Source: Caldisericia bacterium | Lineage (GTDB): Bacteria; Caldisericota; Caldisericia; JAAYUI01 | Direction: 5' to 3' | NCBI GenBank assembly: GCA_963674785.1 | Contig: OY771555.1 | Coordinates: forward strand, 144,851 to 208,850 | Length of the DNA stretch: 64,000 bases | In this document: piece after piece, positions 18,870 to 28,117 of the stretch | Layout: each line of letters opens with the position of its first letter | How positions within the stretch are numbered: the stretch's first letter is position 1 | The notes under the pieces: generated by a model | The model's database searches: none | What the model saw: the letters and a program-made list of their open reading frames with translations, nothing else | Told to the model about the DNA's origin: nothing | Made by a program: the position numbers and the translations under genes

Positions 18870-19289
18870 ATGGTAACAGTAGAATTCCAAGGGGAATACG
18901 ATAAGGAAAAGAATCTGTCGATATTCAAATATGTCGATATACCACAATCAAAAGAAGACGTAGAGTTTGTCGTTGAAAAAGCCACACCACTTTGGAAAGG
19001 CGACGGTATTCATAAAAGCTGGAACATCACAGACATAACAGCACTCGGACAAGCCTCACCAAGTCTTGTCATTTACTACAACAAGCTCTGTAAACCAATC
19101 TTGAAAAAACACGTACACAATTATGTCGTGGTAGCAGGAACATTGCTTGAAAAAGTTGCAACAAGTCTGTTTAACACATTTATGGGTGAAAAACACCCTG
19201 TTGCATCATCAATGGAAGAAGCGCTTGAAATAATTGAAAGACTCCAAAAAAGAGACGGAGTTTTTCCATCAAAAGCAGAAAATCTGTAG
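18870..19289 (+). CDS. Hypothetical protein (tandem paralog A)
   Basis: 139 aa; about 60% identical to the next ORF (WKGDGIHKSWNITDITALGQASPSLVIYYNKL...LEKVATSLFNTFM). Family not recognised. Confidence 0.65.
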   Translation: MVTVEFQGEYDKEKNLSIFKYVDIPQSKEDVEFVVEKATPLWKGDGIHKSWNITDITALGQASPSLVIYYNKLCKPILKKHVHNYVVVAGTLLEKVATSLFNTFMGEKHPVASSMEEALEIIERLQKRDGVFPSKAENL

Positions 19290-19304
19290 AAAGGATGACA
19301 GTCT

Positions 19305-19721
19305 ATGAGAGTTGTTGAATTTGAAGGAAACTATGACAACGAAAAGAACATTTCATTTGTGAAATTCATAAATACACCTAAATCAAAGGAAGACATAGAG
19401 TATTTTGTAGACAATACTCTTCCACTTTGGAGAGGTGACGGGATTCACAAATGCTGGAATATAACTGATTTAACTGGTCTTGGGAAGGCATCCCCAGGTC
19501 TTGTGATCTACTACAACAAGTTGGTAAAGCCACACATCAAAAAGCATCTTGAGAACTATGTTGTTATTGCCGGATCAACACTTGAGAAAGTTGCAACAAG
19601 TTTGTTTAACACCTTCATGAGGGAAAGGCATCCCATTGTCTCAAGTATTGATGAGGCAATGGTGATAATCAAAAAATGGCAAGAGGAAAAGGGTATTTTC
19701 TTCTCAAAGATTGGCGAATAG
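19305..19721 (+). CDS. Hypothetical protein (tandem paralog B)
   Basis: 138 aa paralog of 18870..19289. Confidence 0.65.
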   Translation: MRVVEFEGNYDNEKNISFVKFINTPKSKEDIEYFVDNTLPLWRGDGIHKCWNITDLTGLGKASPGLVIYYNKLVKPHIKKHLENYVVIAGSTLEKVATSLFNTFMRERHPIVSSIDEAMVIIKKWQEEKGIFFSKIGE

Positions 19722-19723
19722 AA

Positions 19724-20173
19724 TCAGAGAGTAATCAGGGAGTTCTCGTAGTCTTTTACTCGAAGCTTTGTACTTCTTTTTGATTTGCCAGTCCAGATTA
19801 TGTGTCCTTCCTCTTCGAGAAGTTCTTTCTGATAGTCAGGAGCTCCGGGGTATTTTTCTGAAAGTAATCCGTCCTTTTTAACGCATCGCCACCATGGAAA
19901 AACCTCTTCACCGATTACCTTATTCTCCTCAGACGCTCCCGCTACCATATTCATAAAAATCCCTGTGCACATGGGGCATGTCCAATCCGCACCAAATTTC
20001 TTTGCAAGCTGATCTCGTATTTGATTCGCAGTAAGAAGTTCACCTTTTTTTGGAATTCTCATCACTTCTGCAACATCCATGGGAGTAGGCACCAGAAGAA
20101 GACCTTTTTCAGTTTCAGAAAAACTTCTTTCGCATTCCTTATAGAGTTGTTCTCTTTTGGTTTTTCTGGCCAT
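19724..20173 (-). CDS. MGMT-family alkyltransferase-like (ATL) protein
   Basis: 149 aa; PWWRCV in place of the MGMT active-site PCHRV, i.e. Trp where the acceptor Cys sits, as in ATL proteins. Confidence 0.55.
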   Translation of the reverse strand: MARKTKREQLYKECERSFSETEKGLLLVPTPMDVAEVMRIPKKGELLTANQIRDQLAKKFGADWTCPMCTGIFMNMVAGASEENKVIGEEVFPWWRCVKKDGLLSEKYPGAPDYQKELLEEEGHIIWTGKSKRSTKLRVKDYENSLITL

Positions 20174-20419
20174 CTAATTTCGATCTTTCCAGGCCGGAAG
20201 TTTAGCAAGATTCTTGATCGCCATCTCTCTTGCAGCGGCTTCGTCAAAGCCTTGTGACTGAACTAAAAAACCAGTCATACCAGCAACACATTCTTCATAA
20301 CTTTTCATTGAGCCATCTTCTCTTGCACAGTAGAGGCAATAGTCCTTTGACTCATCTCCAAGAGCAAAATCCTCCTTCTTCTCCATCGGCATTCCGCAAC
20401 AAATACAAATTTTACTCAT
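20174..20419 (-). CDS. Zinc-ribbon domain protein
   Basis: 81 aa; CICCGMPM...CLYCA Cys pairs. Its TAG stop directly abuts the ATG of the ATL-like gene. Confidence 0.6.
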   Translation of the reverse strand: MSKICICCGMPMEKKEDFALGDESKDYCLYCAREDGSMKSYEECVAGMTGFLVQSQGFDEAAAREMAIKNLAKLPAWKDRN

Positions 20420-21017
20420 CTTTCCAGTTCCTTTCTGAAATCAGATTCATATAGTTATCAACAAGTTCATATCCTCTTTTTTTAAGTAATGACCCTTCTA
20501 CACAATAAAATCTTTTATTCTGAAGATAGTGATGAATAAGCCCAATCCAGGTTGTAAAAAGAAAGCTCATGGGCATTCTTTTTATTAAACCTTTTTCCAT
20601 TTCGGTTTTTGCGGCACTATACATTGAGTGAGAAATCGCGGAATGAATAGAAACAACACTTACCTGTACATCCTCGGGCAAGGTGTTTAGTTCAGAAATC
20701 AACCTTGCATAAAGGTCTTCATACTCAGATAAAGTTGCAAGATGTGTTTTTAGTACAGTTCTTATACCCATATCCGCATCAATATCCGCCCTCATTTTCC
20801 TTGTGACACGCATACCAAAATCATGCATTACGGTAACAAGTAATTCATCGCGAGTTGGAAAATGCAAAAAAACCGTTCCGTGCGAAACGCCTGCAGTATT
20901 TGCAATATCGATCGTTCTAGCTCCACTTATCCCATCAAGCTCAAAGTGTTTCATTGCGGAATCAATAAGCTTCCTATGAGTATCTTCACGTTTTTCTTTT
21001 CTAGATTTTGCGATCAT
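20412..21017 (-). CDS. TetR/AcrR family transcriptional regulator
   Basis: HTH ARTIDIANTAGVSHGTVFLHFPTRDEL. The ORF-track N-terminus (WARQDSNLRPLPCEGNALPTEPP) is antisense translation of tRNA-Val, so start moved to MIAKSRKEK (ATG 21015-21017). Confidence 0.8.
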   Translation of the reverse strand: MIAKSRKEKREDTHRKLIDSAMKHFELDGISGARTIDIANTAGVSHGTVFLHFPTRDELLVTVMHDFGMRVTRKMRADIDADMGIRTVLKTHLATLSEYEDLYARLISELNTLPEDVQVSVVSIHSAISHSMYSAAKTEMEKGLIKRMPMSFLFTTWIGLIHHYLQNKRFYCVEGSLLKKRGYELVDNYMNLISERNWKDE

Positions 21018-21133
21018 ATCTTTTAAACTGAGTTCAGACTCACTGAGTTTTGACTCATAATATGCCGAAACATCAACATTGTCAAGTTCAACTGTTGACT
21101 TGTGAATACGTAACAATAATATATTAAACATGT

Positions 21134-21209
21134 GGGCGGGTGGCTCAGTTGGTAGAGCATTTCCTTCACACGGAAGAGGTCGCAGGTTCGAGTCCTGTCT
21201 CGCCCACCA
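21134..21209 (+). tRNA. tRNA-Val (anticodon CAC), CCA encoded
   Basis: GGGCGGGTGGCTCAGTTGGTAGAGCATTTCCTTCACACGGAAGAGGTCGCAGGTTCGAGTCCTGTCTCGCCCACCA folds as cloverleaf: 7-bp acceptor, D arm GCTC/GAGC, anticodon loop TTCACAC, T loop TTCGAGT. Confidence 0.9.
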
Positions 21210-21243
21210 ATAAGTGCTCAAAAGAGATTAAAGGGGTGCAGTT

Positions 21244-23262
21244 TTGTTGCTTTACACGGTACCAATAGTCGGCTTACTTGGACTTATCACAGCACTAATA
21301 CTTGGTGTTGGAATTTCAAGAAGTGATCCGGGAATCGGAAAAATGGTAAGCATTGCCGCCGCAATTAGAGCCGGGGCATTCGCATTCCTCCTGAAAGAAT
21401 ACCAATATATGCTTATCGCATCAATCCCATTTGGAATTGCAATTGCGTGGATTATTGGCCTACAGGCACTGATTGCGTTTGTTTGTGGGGCTCTCTTTTC
21501 AATCACAGCGGGTTTCATTGGAATGAACATTGCAACGCTTGCAAACAACAGAACAGCACAAGCAGCAAGTAAACACGGTGAAGGAAAGGCTCTTGAGGTT
21601 GCATACTCAGGTGGTGCGGTCATGGGACTTGTTGTTTCATCACTCGGAATAATCGGTGTTTCACTTTTCTTCCTCTTCTTCAAAGATGTCACTGATGCAA
21701 ATACCCTTCGAGGAATTCTTGTCGGATTCTCAGTTGGTGCATCATTTGTTGCCCTTTTTGCAAGAGTCGGTGGAGGAATCTTTACAAAAGCGGCCGACGT
21801 TGGCGCAGACCTTGTTGGTAAGGTTGAAGCAGGAATACCTGAGGACGACCCAAGAAACCCAGCCGTTATAGCAGATAACGTCGGTGATAATGTTGGTGAT
21901 GTTGCCGGAATGGGTGCAGACCTTTATGAATCATACGTAGGAGCGATCGTATCGGCGCTTGTCCTTGCAGCAGTCGCAGGAGACTCAGTAGAAAAGATCA
22001 AGTTGATTCTCTTCATAGTCGCGGGTGGACTTCTTTCATCAATCGTTGGTATCCTAATTGTCAAGCTTGGCGCAAGAGCCGGAAAGGTCAAACCTTCAGT
22101 TGGACTCCAGCTTGGAACTGGCGTTGCAGGACTTCTTTCACTTGGAATCCAACTCTACCTTTCGATTTCATTGCTCGGTAGCATCAGATATTTCTGGGCA
22201 TCCGCAGGCGGACTTGCCGCAGGGCTTCTCATTGGGTTTGTAACTACATACTACACATCAGCAAAACCAGTGAAATATATTGCTGAACAGAGCAAAGGTG
22301 GCCCAGCTACCAACATCATCGCAGGGTTTGGTGTTGGAATGGAATCAGCGGTTGTTCCAATTATTATCATTGCGATAGCTATCATTCTTGGGTACACGGT
22401 TGTTAATGGAGTCTTCGGAATCGCCCTTGCGGGGGTTGGAATGCTCTCAACCTTAGCCGCGACACTAACCGTTGATGCTTATGGTCCAATTGCCGATAAC
22501 GCAGGCGGAATTGCACAGATGAGTGGACTCGACCCAAAGGTCAGGGAGATAACTGATAAACTGGATTCACTCGGGAACACAACTGCTGCCATGGGGAAAG
22601 GATTTGCAATTGGCTCTGCGACTTTAACAGCACTTGCATTCTTTGTTTCATACACTCATGCAGTTGGACTAAACACACTCAATTTCCTTGAGCCAGGAGT
22701 GCTTGCTGGTGGACTTATTGGTGTTGCTATGCCAGCACTATTTTCATCACTCACAATAAGATCGGTTGGATCGACAGCAAGCATGGTTGTTAACGAAGTT
22801 AGAAAACAATTCAAAGAAAAAGTTGGTCTTCTCGCTGGAAAAGCAGAACCTGATTACAAAAAAACTGTTAGTATTGCTACTCAGGGCGCATTAAACCAAA
22901 TGATTCTGCCATCAATCCTCATGATTGCAACACCTTTTGTGGTTTTTTATCTTTTTGAATTATTCAAAAAAGGGACAGGTATCCAAGCTCTCGGTGGAAT
23001 GCTTGTTGGAGCAACACTAACGGGAGTCCTACTTGCGATCTTTATGGCTAACGCTGGCGGCGCTTGGGATAATGCAAAAAAATATATCGAAGAAGGATTC
23101 TTCGGTGGAAAAGGTTCAAGCGTTCATAAAGCAACTGTTGTTGGGGATACCGTTGGTGATCCACTAAAGGACACAACTGGCCCATCAATAAACATACTCA
23201 TAAAACTTATGTCAGTAATTTCACTGCTATTTATACCATTTTTGTTAGAATTAATGAAATAA
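21244..23262 (+). CDS. hppA: Membrane-bound K+-dependent pyrophosphate-energised ion pump (H+ or Na+)
   Basis: 672 aa; hallmark GGIFTKAADVGADLVGKVEAGIPEDDPRNPAVIADNVGDNVGDVAGMGADL; GNTTAA (Ala rather than Lys) indicates the K+-dependent subclass. Confidence 0.9.
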   Translation: MLLYTVPIVGLLGLITALILGVGISRSDPGIGKMVSIAAAIRAGAFAFLLKEYQYMLIASIPFGIAIAWIIGLQALIAFVCGALFSITAGFIGMNIATLANNRTAQAASKHGEGKALEVAYSGGAVMGLVVSSLGIIGVSLFFLFFKDVTDANTLRGILVGFSVGASFVALFARVGGGIFTKAADVGADLVGKVEAGIPEDDPRNPAVIADNVGDNVGDVAGMGADLYESYVGAIVSALVLAAVAGDSVEKIKLILFIVAGGLLSSIVGILIVKLGARAGKVKPSVGLQLGTGVAGLLSLGIQLYLSISLLGSIRYFWASAGGLAAGLLIGFVTTYYTSAKPVKYIAEQSKGGPATNIIAGFGVGMESAVVPIIIIAIAIILGYTVVNGVFGIALAGVGMLSTLAATLTVDAYGPIADNAGGIAQMSGLDPKVREITDKLDSLGNTTAAMGKGFAIGSATLTALAFFVSYTHAVGLNTLNFLEPGVLAGGLIGVAMPALFSSLTIRSVGSTASMVVNEVRKQFKEKVGLLAGKAEPDYKKTVSIATQGALNQMILPSILMIATPFVVFYLFELFKKGTGIQALGGMLVGATLTGVLLAIFMANAGGAWDNAKKYIEEGFFGGKGSSVHKATVVGDTVGDPLKDTTGPSINILIKLMSVISLLFIPFLLELMK

Positions 23263-23272
23263 AGGAGGCGCT

Positions 23273-24274
23273 ATGAGAAGAATAGGTGTCGTTACATCTG
23301 GTGCAGACTGTCCGGGTCTTAATGCAGCGATAAGAGCTGTTGCGAGAAAAGGCTTTGACCTTGGTTATGAAGTAATCGGCGTTCGAAATGGCTGGAAAGG
23401 TCTTATTGAAGATGACGTATATGTGATGCATAAAAGACATGTCTCTGGGATTTTGTATCTTGGCGGTTCTATTCTTGGCTCAGGTCGCTTTGATCCCTTT
23501 AGTTCAGAGAAAGAATTTGCATCATTCCAGGAGAATTTTAAAAAATATTCCCTAACATCATTGATAGTAATCGGAGGATTCACATCGCTTCGAATTGCAT
23601 CAAGGCTCAATGAGGCTGGTTTTGCAACAGTTGGAATACCCGCAACAATTGATAATGATGTATCATGTACAGAGGCCTGCATTGGCTTCGACACAGCAAC
23701 AAACTTCGTTACCCACTCACTCGATAGACTTCATGCAACTGCATCTTCACATCATAGAGTAATGGTTGTAGAAGTTATGGGTGGAGGCTCAGGATGGATA
23801 GCTCTTATGGGTGGACTTGCAGGTGGAGCAGATTACGTCATCACACCAGAAGAACACACATCGTTTGATAAAGTTGTCAAACACATTGAACACAGAAGAT
23901 CATCAGGCAAAAACTTCTCGATCATCGTCATCACAGACACAGCACAAGTTGATGGAATGCCTTTTGAAATTGGTGATTCACCTCAGACTGGCGTTGGTGC
24001 AAAGCTTGCCAATGAAATAGAAAAAAGAGCCGGAATCGATTCAAGATACACCGTTCTTGGACACCTGCAACGAGGTGGAACACCAACGGTTGTTGACCGT
24101 GCGCTTGCAACAAGATTTGGATACGAGGCAATCGAATTACTCAAACGTGGTGAGGTTGGTAAAATGACATCCCTTAAGGCTGGACTTGTTGTTCCTGCCG
24201 ATATGGATGCTGCAACACGTGAACGCAGAAGACCTGACCCAAAAATGTTCGAGTATGCGAAACTCTTCTATTGA
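23273..24274 (+). CDS. 6-phosphofructokinase family protein with divergent active-site motifs
   Basis: 333 aa; PFK-A family (GADCPGLNAAIR, GIPATIDND, TVLGHLQRGG) but GGFTS replaces GGDGS and EVMGGGSG replaces the MGR box. Confidence 0.8.
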   Translation: MRRIGVVTSGADCPGLNAAIRAVARKGFDLGYEVIGVRNGWKGLIEDDVYVMHKRHVSGILYLGGSILGSGRFDPFSSEKEFASFQENFKKYSLTSLIVIGGFTSLRIASRLNEAGFATVGIPATIDNDVSCTEACIGFDTATNFVTHSLDRLHATASSHHRVMVVEVMGGGSGWIALMGGLAGGADYVITPEEHTSFDKVVKHIEHRRSSGKNFSIIVITDTAQVDGMPFEIGDSPQTGVGAKLANEIEKRAGIDSRYTVLGHLQRGGTPTVVDRALATRFGYEAIELLKRGEVGKMTSLKAGLVVPADMDAATRERRRPDPKMFEYAKLFY

Positions 24275-24301
24275 TAAATTGCAAAATCGACCACAATAAA
24301 C

Positions 24302-27300
24302 TTGTTTAATTCAAGATTCAATATAATCAGAAAACTCGGGGAAGGAGGAATGGGTGAGGTGTATCTTGCCCACGATACCAGAACTGGGTCTGATGTTGCT
24401 CTCAAGATCGCAAACCTTGAGAGTTCAACTGCTAGAGAGAGATTCTTACGTGAAATTGAGATTCTTTCAAGTATTTCACATGAAAACATTGTTGACTACA
24501 TAGACAATGGGATCAATGGAAATACTCTCTGGTATGAAATGGAATATATTCCCGGACTCCAGTTAATCCACTGGTTTAAGGGACAAAGCAATATTGATTT
24601 TAAAAGTCTTGCAAAAATCTTTTCTAAGATTGCATCAGCCTTATCTACTCTTCATACAAATGGGATTATTCACCGCGACATAAAACCCGATAATATTTTG
24701 GTTTGTAATGGGGAACCAATAATCGTTGATTTTGGTGTGGCACATCTAATCGATAAGGGAGATCGAGCAAAGCTTACGAGAGCAGGTTCTGTTGTAGGTA
24801 CAATCCAGTATATGTCTCCAGAACAAGTAACGGGAAGCCATATCGATGGGCGCTCAGACCTTCACTCACTTGGTGTGATCATGTATGAATTATTAACTGG
24901 AGAACACCCATACGAAGCAACCACTCTGCCGGGAATGATCTCAAGAATCCTTCAAGAAAGACCAATAAAACCATCAAGTCTAAACCCAGATATACCCGAC
25001 AACCTTGAAATGATAATACTCAAGCTTCTGGAGAAAAACCCTGACTTGAGGTACAAATCAGCCGACGAACTCGAAACAGCTCTTCTGAGGTATTGTAGTG
25101 GAGGGGTTCTGACTGAGGCTGTCAATCTTTCACCACTAAAGACTAATGCTTCAAGAGATATTCCATTCGTTGGAAGAGATAAAGAACTAAATCAGCTCGA
25201 ACTCTTACTTCACTCAGCAATCTCAGGAAGAGGACAGGCTATTGAAATCTTTGGTGAAGATGGTTTAGGAAAATCAAGATTGATTGAGGAATTCAGAGCA
25301 CAGGCTCTTGGACACCTTTCAAAATTCCTATTGTGTTCACCACAAATAGAGGGAAGCTCAAGACTAGCAATATCATCAATTCTCGACCAACTAGCTGATT
25401 ATGAAATCAATTTTGACAACAGGATTATAAAAAAACATCCACACATGATTAGAAGTCTTTCTGCAAAATTTGCAGACTCTGTCGGAATAGAAGAAAAGCC
25501 GCCTAACATCGGAGATTCAAAAGATATCCCAAACGTTGTTGCTGAAATAATAATCAATGCCTTCCCAGAAATCCCATCTATTTATGTTTTTGAAGATGGA
25601 ATTGATAGTCTTACATTTGAAATCGCAACAGAGATTTCAAAAAAAATTGCAGATAGAAAAATAGTTGTGTGTTTTGCGACAGAAAATGAGTTAAGCAAAA
25701 CGATAGCAGAAAAAAAAGGCTTATCAGGGCAAGCAAATTTTTCAAAACTAATTCTTAAACCACTTCAAAAAAATGAAATTGACGCGCTTTCAAGAGCTAT
25801 CCTTGGCAGAGATTTATCCGAACCAGAAATGGATAAGATCTTTGCCAGTTCAAACGGAATGCCAAATGTTGCAATCCAGCTTCTCTCAAATATGCGTGAG
25901 GGTAGTAGGACAGTCTCACTCACATCTCTACCTGAAAATGTAAACAGCATTTATCTTGAAAAAATCTCAAAACTTGGAGGGGAGACAAAACAACTTATTG
26001 AAGTGATGTCTCTTTTGAAGAAACCAATTCCAATCGGTCTATTGAGTCCAATTTCATCTCTTGAAAAAGTGGATTTTGATCTTGCGTTTGAAACTCTTGA
26101 TTCAATTGGATTCATTAAAGAAAAAAACATAGGCAGAGAACTTGTTGTAGAACTTGCAACAGCTGATTTGAAAAAGATAGTCTGTGAAGAACTGAAAAAA
26201 GAAAAAGCAAAAGAATACCATAATCGAATCGCTTCAACTCTTGAAATCTACTACTCAGACACAAAAGATCAGGACATAAAAAAACGTATAGCAGAACACT
26301 ATGTTGAAGCTGAAGAATTTGATAAATCATCAGAGCTATATTTATCAATATTCAGTTATTACAACTCACATGGGAATTCAAAAAATGCAATTGATGCGAT
26401 TAATGAACTTGAAAGAAACTTTGAGAAAATAACCAAAAAATCTCTGATTATAAATTCTGTGTACTATTTCCTTATCAATTTTCCACTAACAAACCAAATG
26501 GAATTGTTTGAAAAATACAAGTTAATTGGTTTGCAACTATTAGAGAAAAATGACCTACCTGGTTACACAGTTTTTTCGTATTATTCTGCAATTGGTGGTG
26601 CATACTTAAGGCAAAGACTTCTACTTGAATCGAGAAAACACATTGATAAAGCAAGAACTCTATACGACCAGGTCGAAGACAGTCGAAAACTGGATTTAAA
26701 TATCCACGAAATTAATCAGGCAATTTTTGAAACAAACATTGAAACGCTCCGTGAGCTACTTGAAGAGCGAAAACGACTGCTTGAAAACACAAATGCTTCG
26801 GAGATTGACTGGATACCTTATTACAATAGTGAAGCAATATATTTCTCTGAAATTGGAAGCCATGCAAACGCCGTAGAAAACTTTAAAAAATCGCTTTCGA
26901 TTGCCAAAAGACTCAACCATAAAAGGCAAGAACTTAGGGCGCTCACAAATCTTGGAACTGCATGCGCTCACGCTGATCTTAATTTCAAAGCGATCGATTA
27001 TTATAAACAGGCTCTAAAACTTGCAAAAGATCTTACTCTTGAAAACATTCATGCCCTAATCTTAAATGACATGGCAAACCTTTATCTAAATGAAGGTAAA
27101 ACCGTAGAATACCGAAATATATTACTTGAATACAAAAGACTGTATGAGGATAAGGAAATCACAAAGGCTTTGATTGATTGGACATATAATTATTCACACC
27201 TCAAGGTTTTAGAAAATGATTTTGATGAAGCAGAAAACATCTTATCAAAAATGAAAAACAGGGTAATTGAGTCAAACAGAAGTTTCTGGCTTCGCGAAGT

Positions 27301-27919
27301 CCTATATTATGAGGCACTGTGCACATTTGATAAAAACAATTTTAGAAGAGCAAAACTTCTGTTTTTACAACTCCTTGACCTTTTCAAGATTGATAAATTA
27401 GAGGACACCTTAACTCAGCTTTTCATATCAAATATTCATCTTGCCCACATATATGTCATCGAAGGCGAACTTGATGAAGCCGAAGAACACTACCAGAAAG
27501 CTTATTCTCTCTGCAGGAGTTACAAACAAGATATTCTTGAAAATAACCTCTTTTTTGCTGAAGCCCATATTGAGTTTGCAAAATCCATAAAAAAAGGCAG
27601 CTTTGGATTCAAAGAGTTTTTTGATGAAAGCTCATGGAGAACCTCATACAACATTTTGATGCAGTTATCCAAAAAGTGTGAACACAAAAAATATACTATG
27701 TCAATTCTTCCAACAAGTGCTACAGAGCTTTTCGCAAAACTCGTTATCCTCAGAATAAAAAACGACAAGAAACTCCGGACAATTGAAAGAAGACAGATTT
27801 TTGAGCAGGCTGTAAATCAAATCGAACTATTATTGAAAAAATATTCAGAACACAATTTTTCTTACAAACGTGATGAAATCATTGAGCTTAATAACGAGCT
27901 TATAATGCTTCTCGAATAG
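24302..27919 (+). CDS. Ser/Thr protein kinase fused to STAND-type NTPase and TPR repeats
   Basis: 1205 aa; kinase motifs GEGGMGEVY, HRDIKPDNIL, DFGVA; P-loop GEDGLGKSRL; C-terminal TPR-like helical repeats. Confidence 0.85.
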   Translation: MFNSRFNIIRKLGEGGMGEVYLAHDTRTGSDVALKIANLESSTARERFLREIEILSSISHENIVDYIDNGINGNTLWYEMEYIPGLQLIHWFKGQSNIDFKSLAKIFSKIASALSTLHTNGIIHRDIKPDNILVCNGEPIIVDFGVAHLIDKGDRAKLTRAGSVVGTIQYMSPEQVTGSHIDGRSDLHSLGVIMYELLTGEHPYEATTLPGMISRILQERPIKPSSLNPDIPDNLEMIILKLLEKNPDLRYKSADELETALLRYCSGGVLTEAVNLSPLKTNASRDIPFVGRDKELNQLELLLHSAISGRGQAIEIFGEDGLGKSRLIEEFRAQALGHLSKFLLCSPQIEGSSRLAISSILDQLADYEINFDNRIIKKHPHMIRSLSAKFADSVGIEEKPPNIGDSKDIPNVVAEIIINAFPEIPSIYVFEDGIDSLTFEIATEISKKIADRKIVVCFATENELSKTIAEKKGLSGQANFSKLILKPLQKNEIDALSRAILGRDLSEPEMDKIFASSNGMPNVAIQLLSNMREGSRTVSLTSLPENVNSIYLEKISKLGGETKQLIEVMSLLKKPIPIGLLSPISSLEKVDFDLAFETLDSIGFIKEKNIGRELVVELATADLKKIVCEELKKEKAKEYHNRIASTLEIYYSDTKDQDIKKRIAEHYVEAEEFDKSSELYLSIFSYYNSHGNSKNAIDAINELERNFEKITKKSLIINSVYYFLINFPLTNQMELFEKYKLIGLQLLEKNDLPGYTVFSYYSAIGGAYLRQRLLLESRKHIDKARTLYDQVEDSRKLDLNIHEINQAIFETNIETLRELLEERKRLLENTNASEIDWIPYYNSEAIYFSEIGSHANAVENFKKSLSIAKRLNHKRQELRALTNLGTACAHADLNFKAIDYYKQALKLAKDLTLENIHALILNDMANLYLNEGKTVEYRNILLEYKRLYEDKEITKALIDWTYNYSHLKVLENDFDEAENILSKMKNRVIESNRSFWLREVLYYEALCTFDKNNFRRAKLLFLQLLDLFKIDKLEDTLTQLFISNIHLAHIYVIEGELDEAEEHYQKAYSLCRSYKQDILENNLFFAEAHIEFAKSIKKGSFGFKEFFDESSWRTSYNILMQLSKKCEHKKYTMSILPTSATELFAKLVILRIKNDKKLRTIERRQIFEQAVNQIELLLKKYSEHNFSYKRDEIIELNNELIMLLE

Positions 27920-28035
27920 ACCATAAATAAAAAAGTAAACATTGATTCTTGAAGAAGCCACATTGTTGTTGTATATTCATGGCACTTATGAAGGAGATTG
28001 TAATGACAACTTACAGATCGCTTTGAGCAAACAAA

Positions 28036-28091
28036 GGCAGATGGTTCATCTGCCAAGCCCAGACGGTCTGTTGCTTCATTTTGACCGTCTG
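28036..28091 (+). promoter_or_regulatory. Structured 5' leader (two hairpins) upstream of the ABC-selD operon
   Basis: GGCAGATG-GTT-CATCTGCC (8-bp stem) and CAGACGGTC-N14-GACCGTCTG (9-bp stem), 27-80 nt upstream of AGGAGG-N7-ATG(28118); no U-tract follows. Function unknown. Confidence 0.3.
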
Positions 28092-28117
28092 AAAACTTAG
28101 ACTTAGGAGGTCATTTT

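Noticed and set aside
20174-21221. Possible alternative genetic code (TGA as Trp or Gly) explaining the in-frame TGA in selD
   Set aside because: TGA is used as a genuine stop by conserved genes in the window (e.g. trmD at 9448-9450), and the selD TGA aligns exactly with the catalytic Cys/Sec position, so selenocysteine recoding is the simpler explanation.
21018-21221. N-terminal 68 codons of ORF 20412..21221 as real coding sequence
   Set aside because: This stretch is the antisense reading of tRNA-Val (WARQDSNLRPLP... pattern); the TetR domain begins after Met69.
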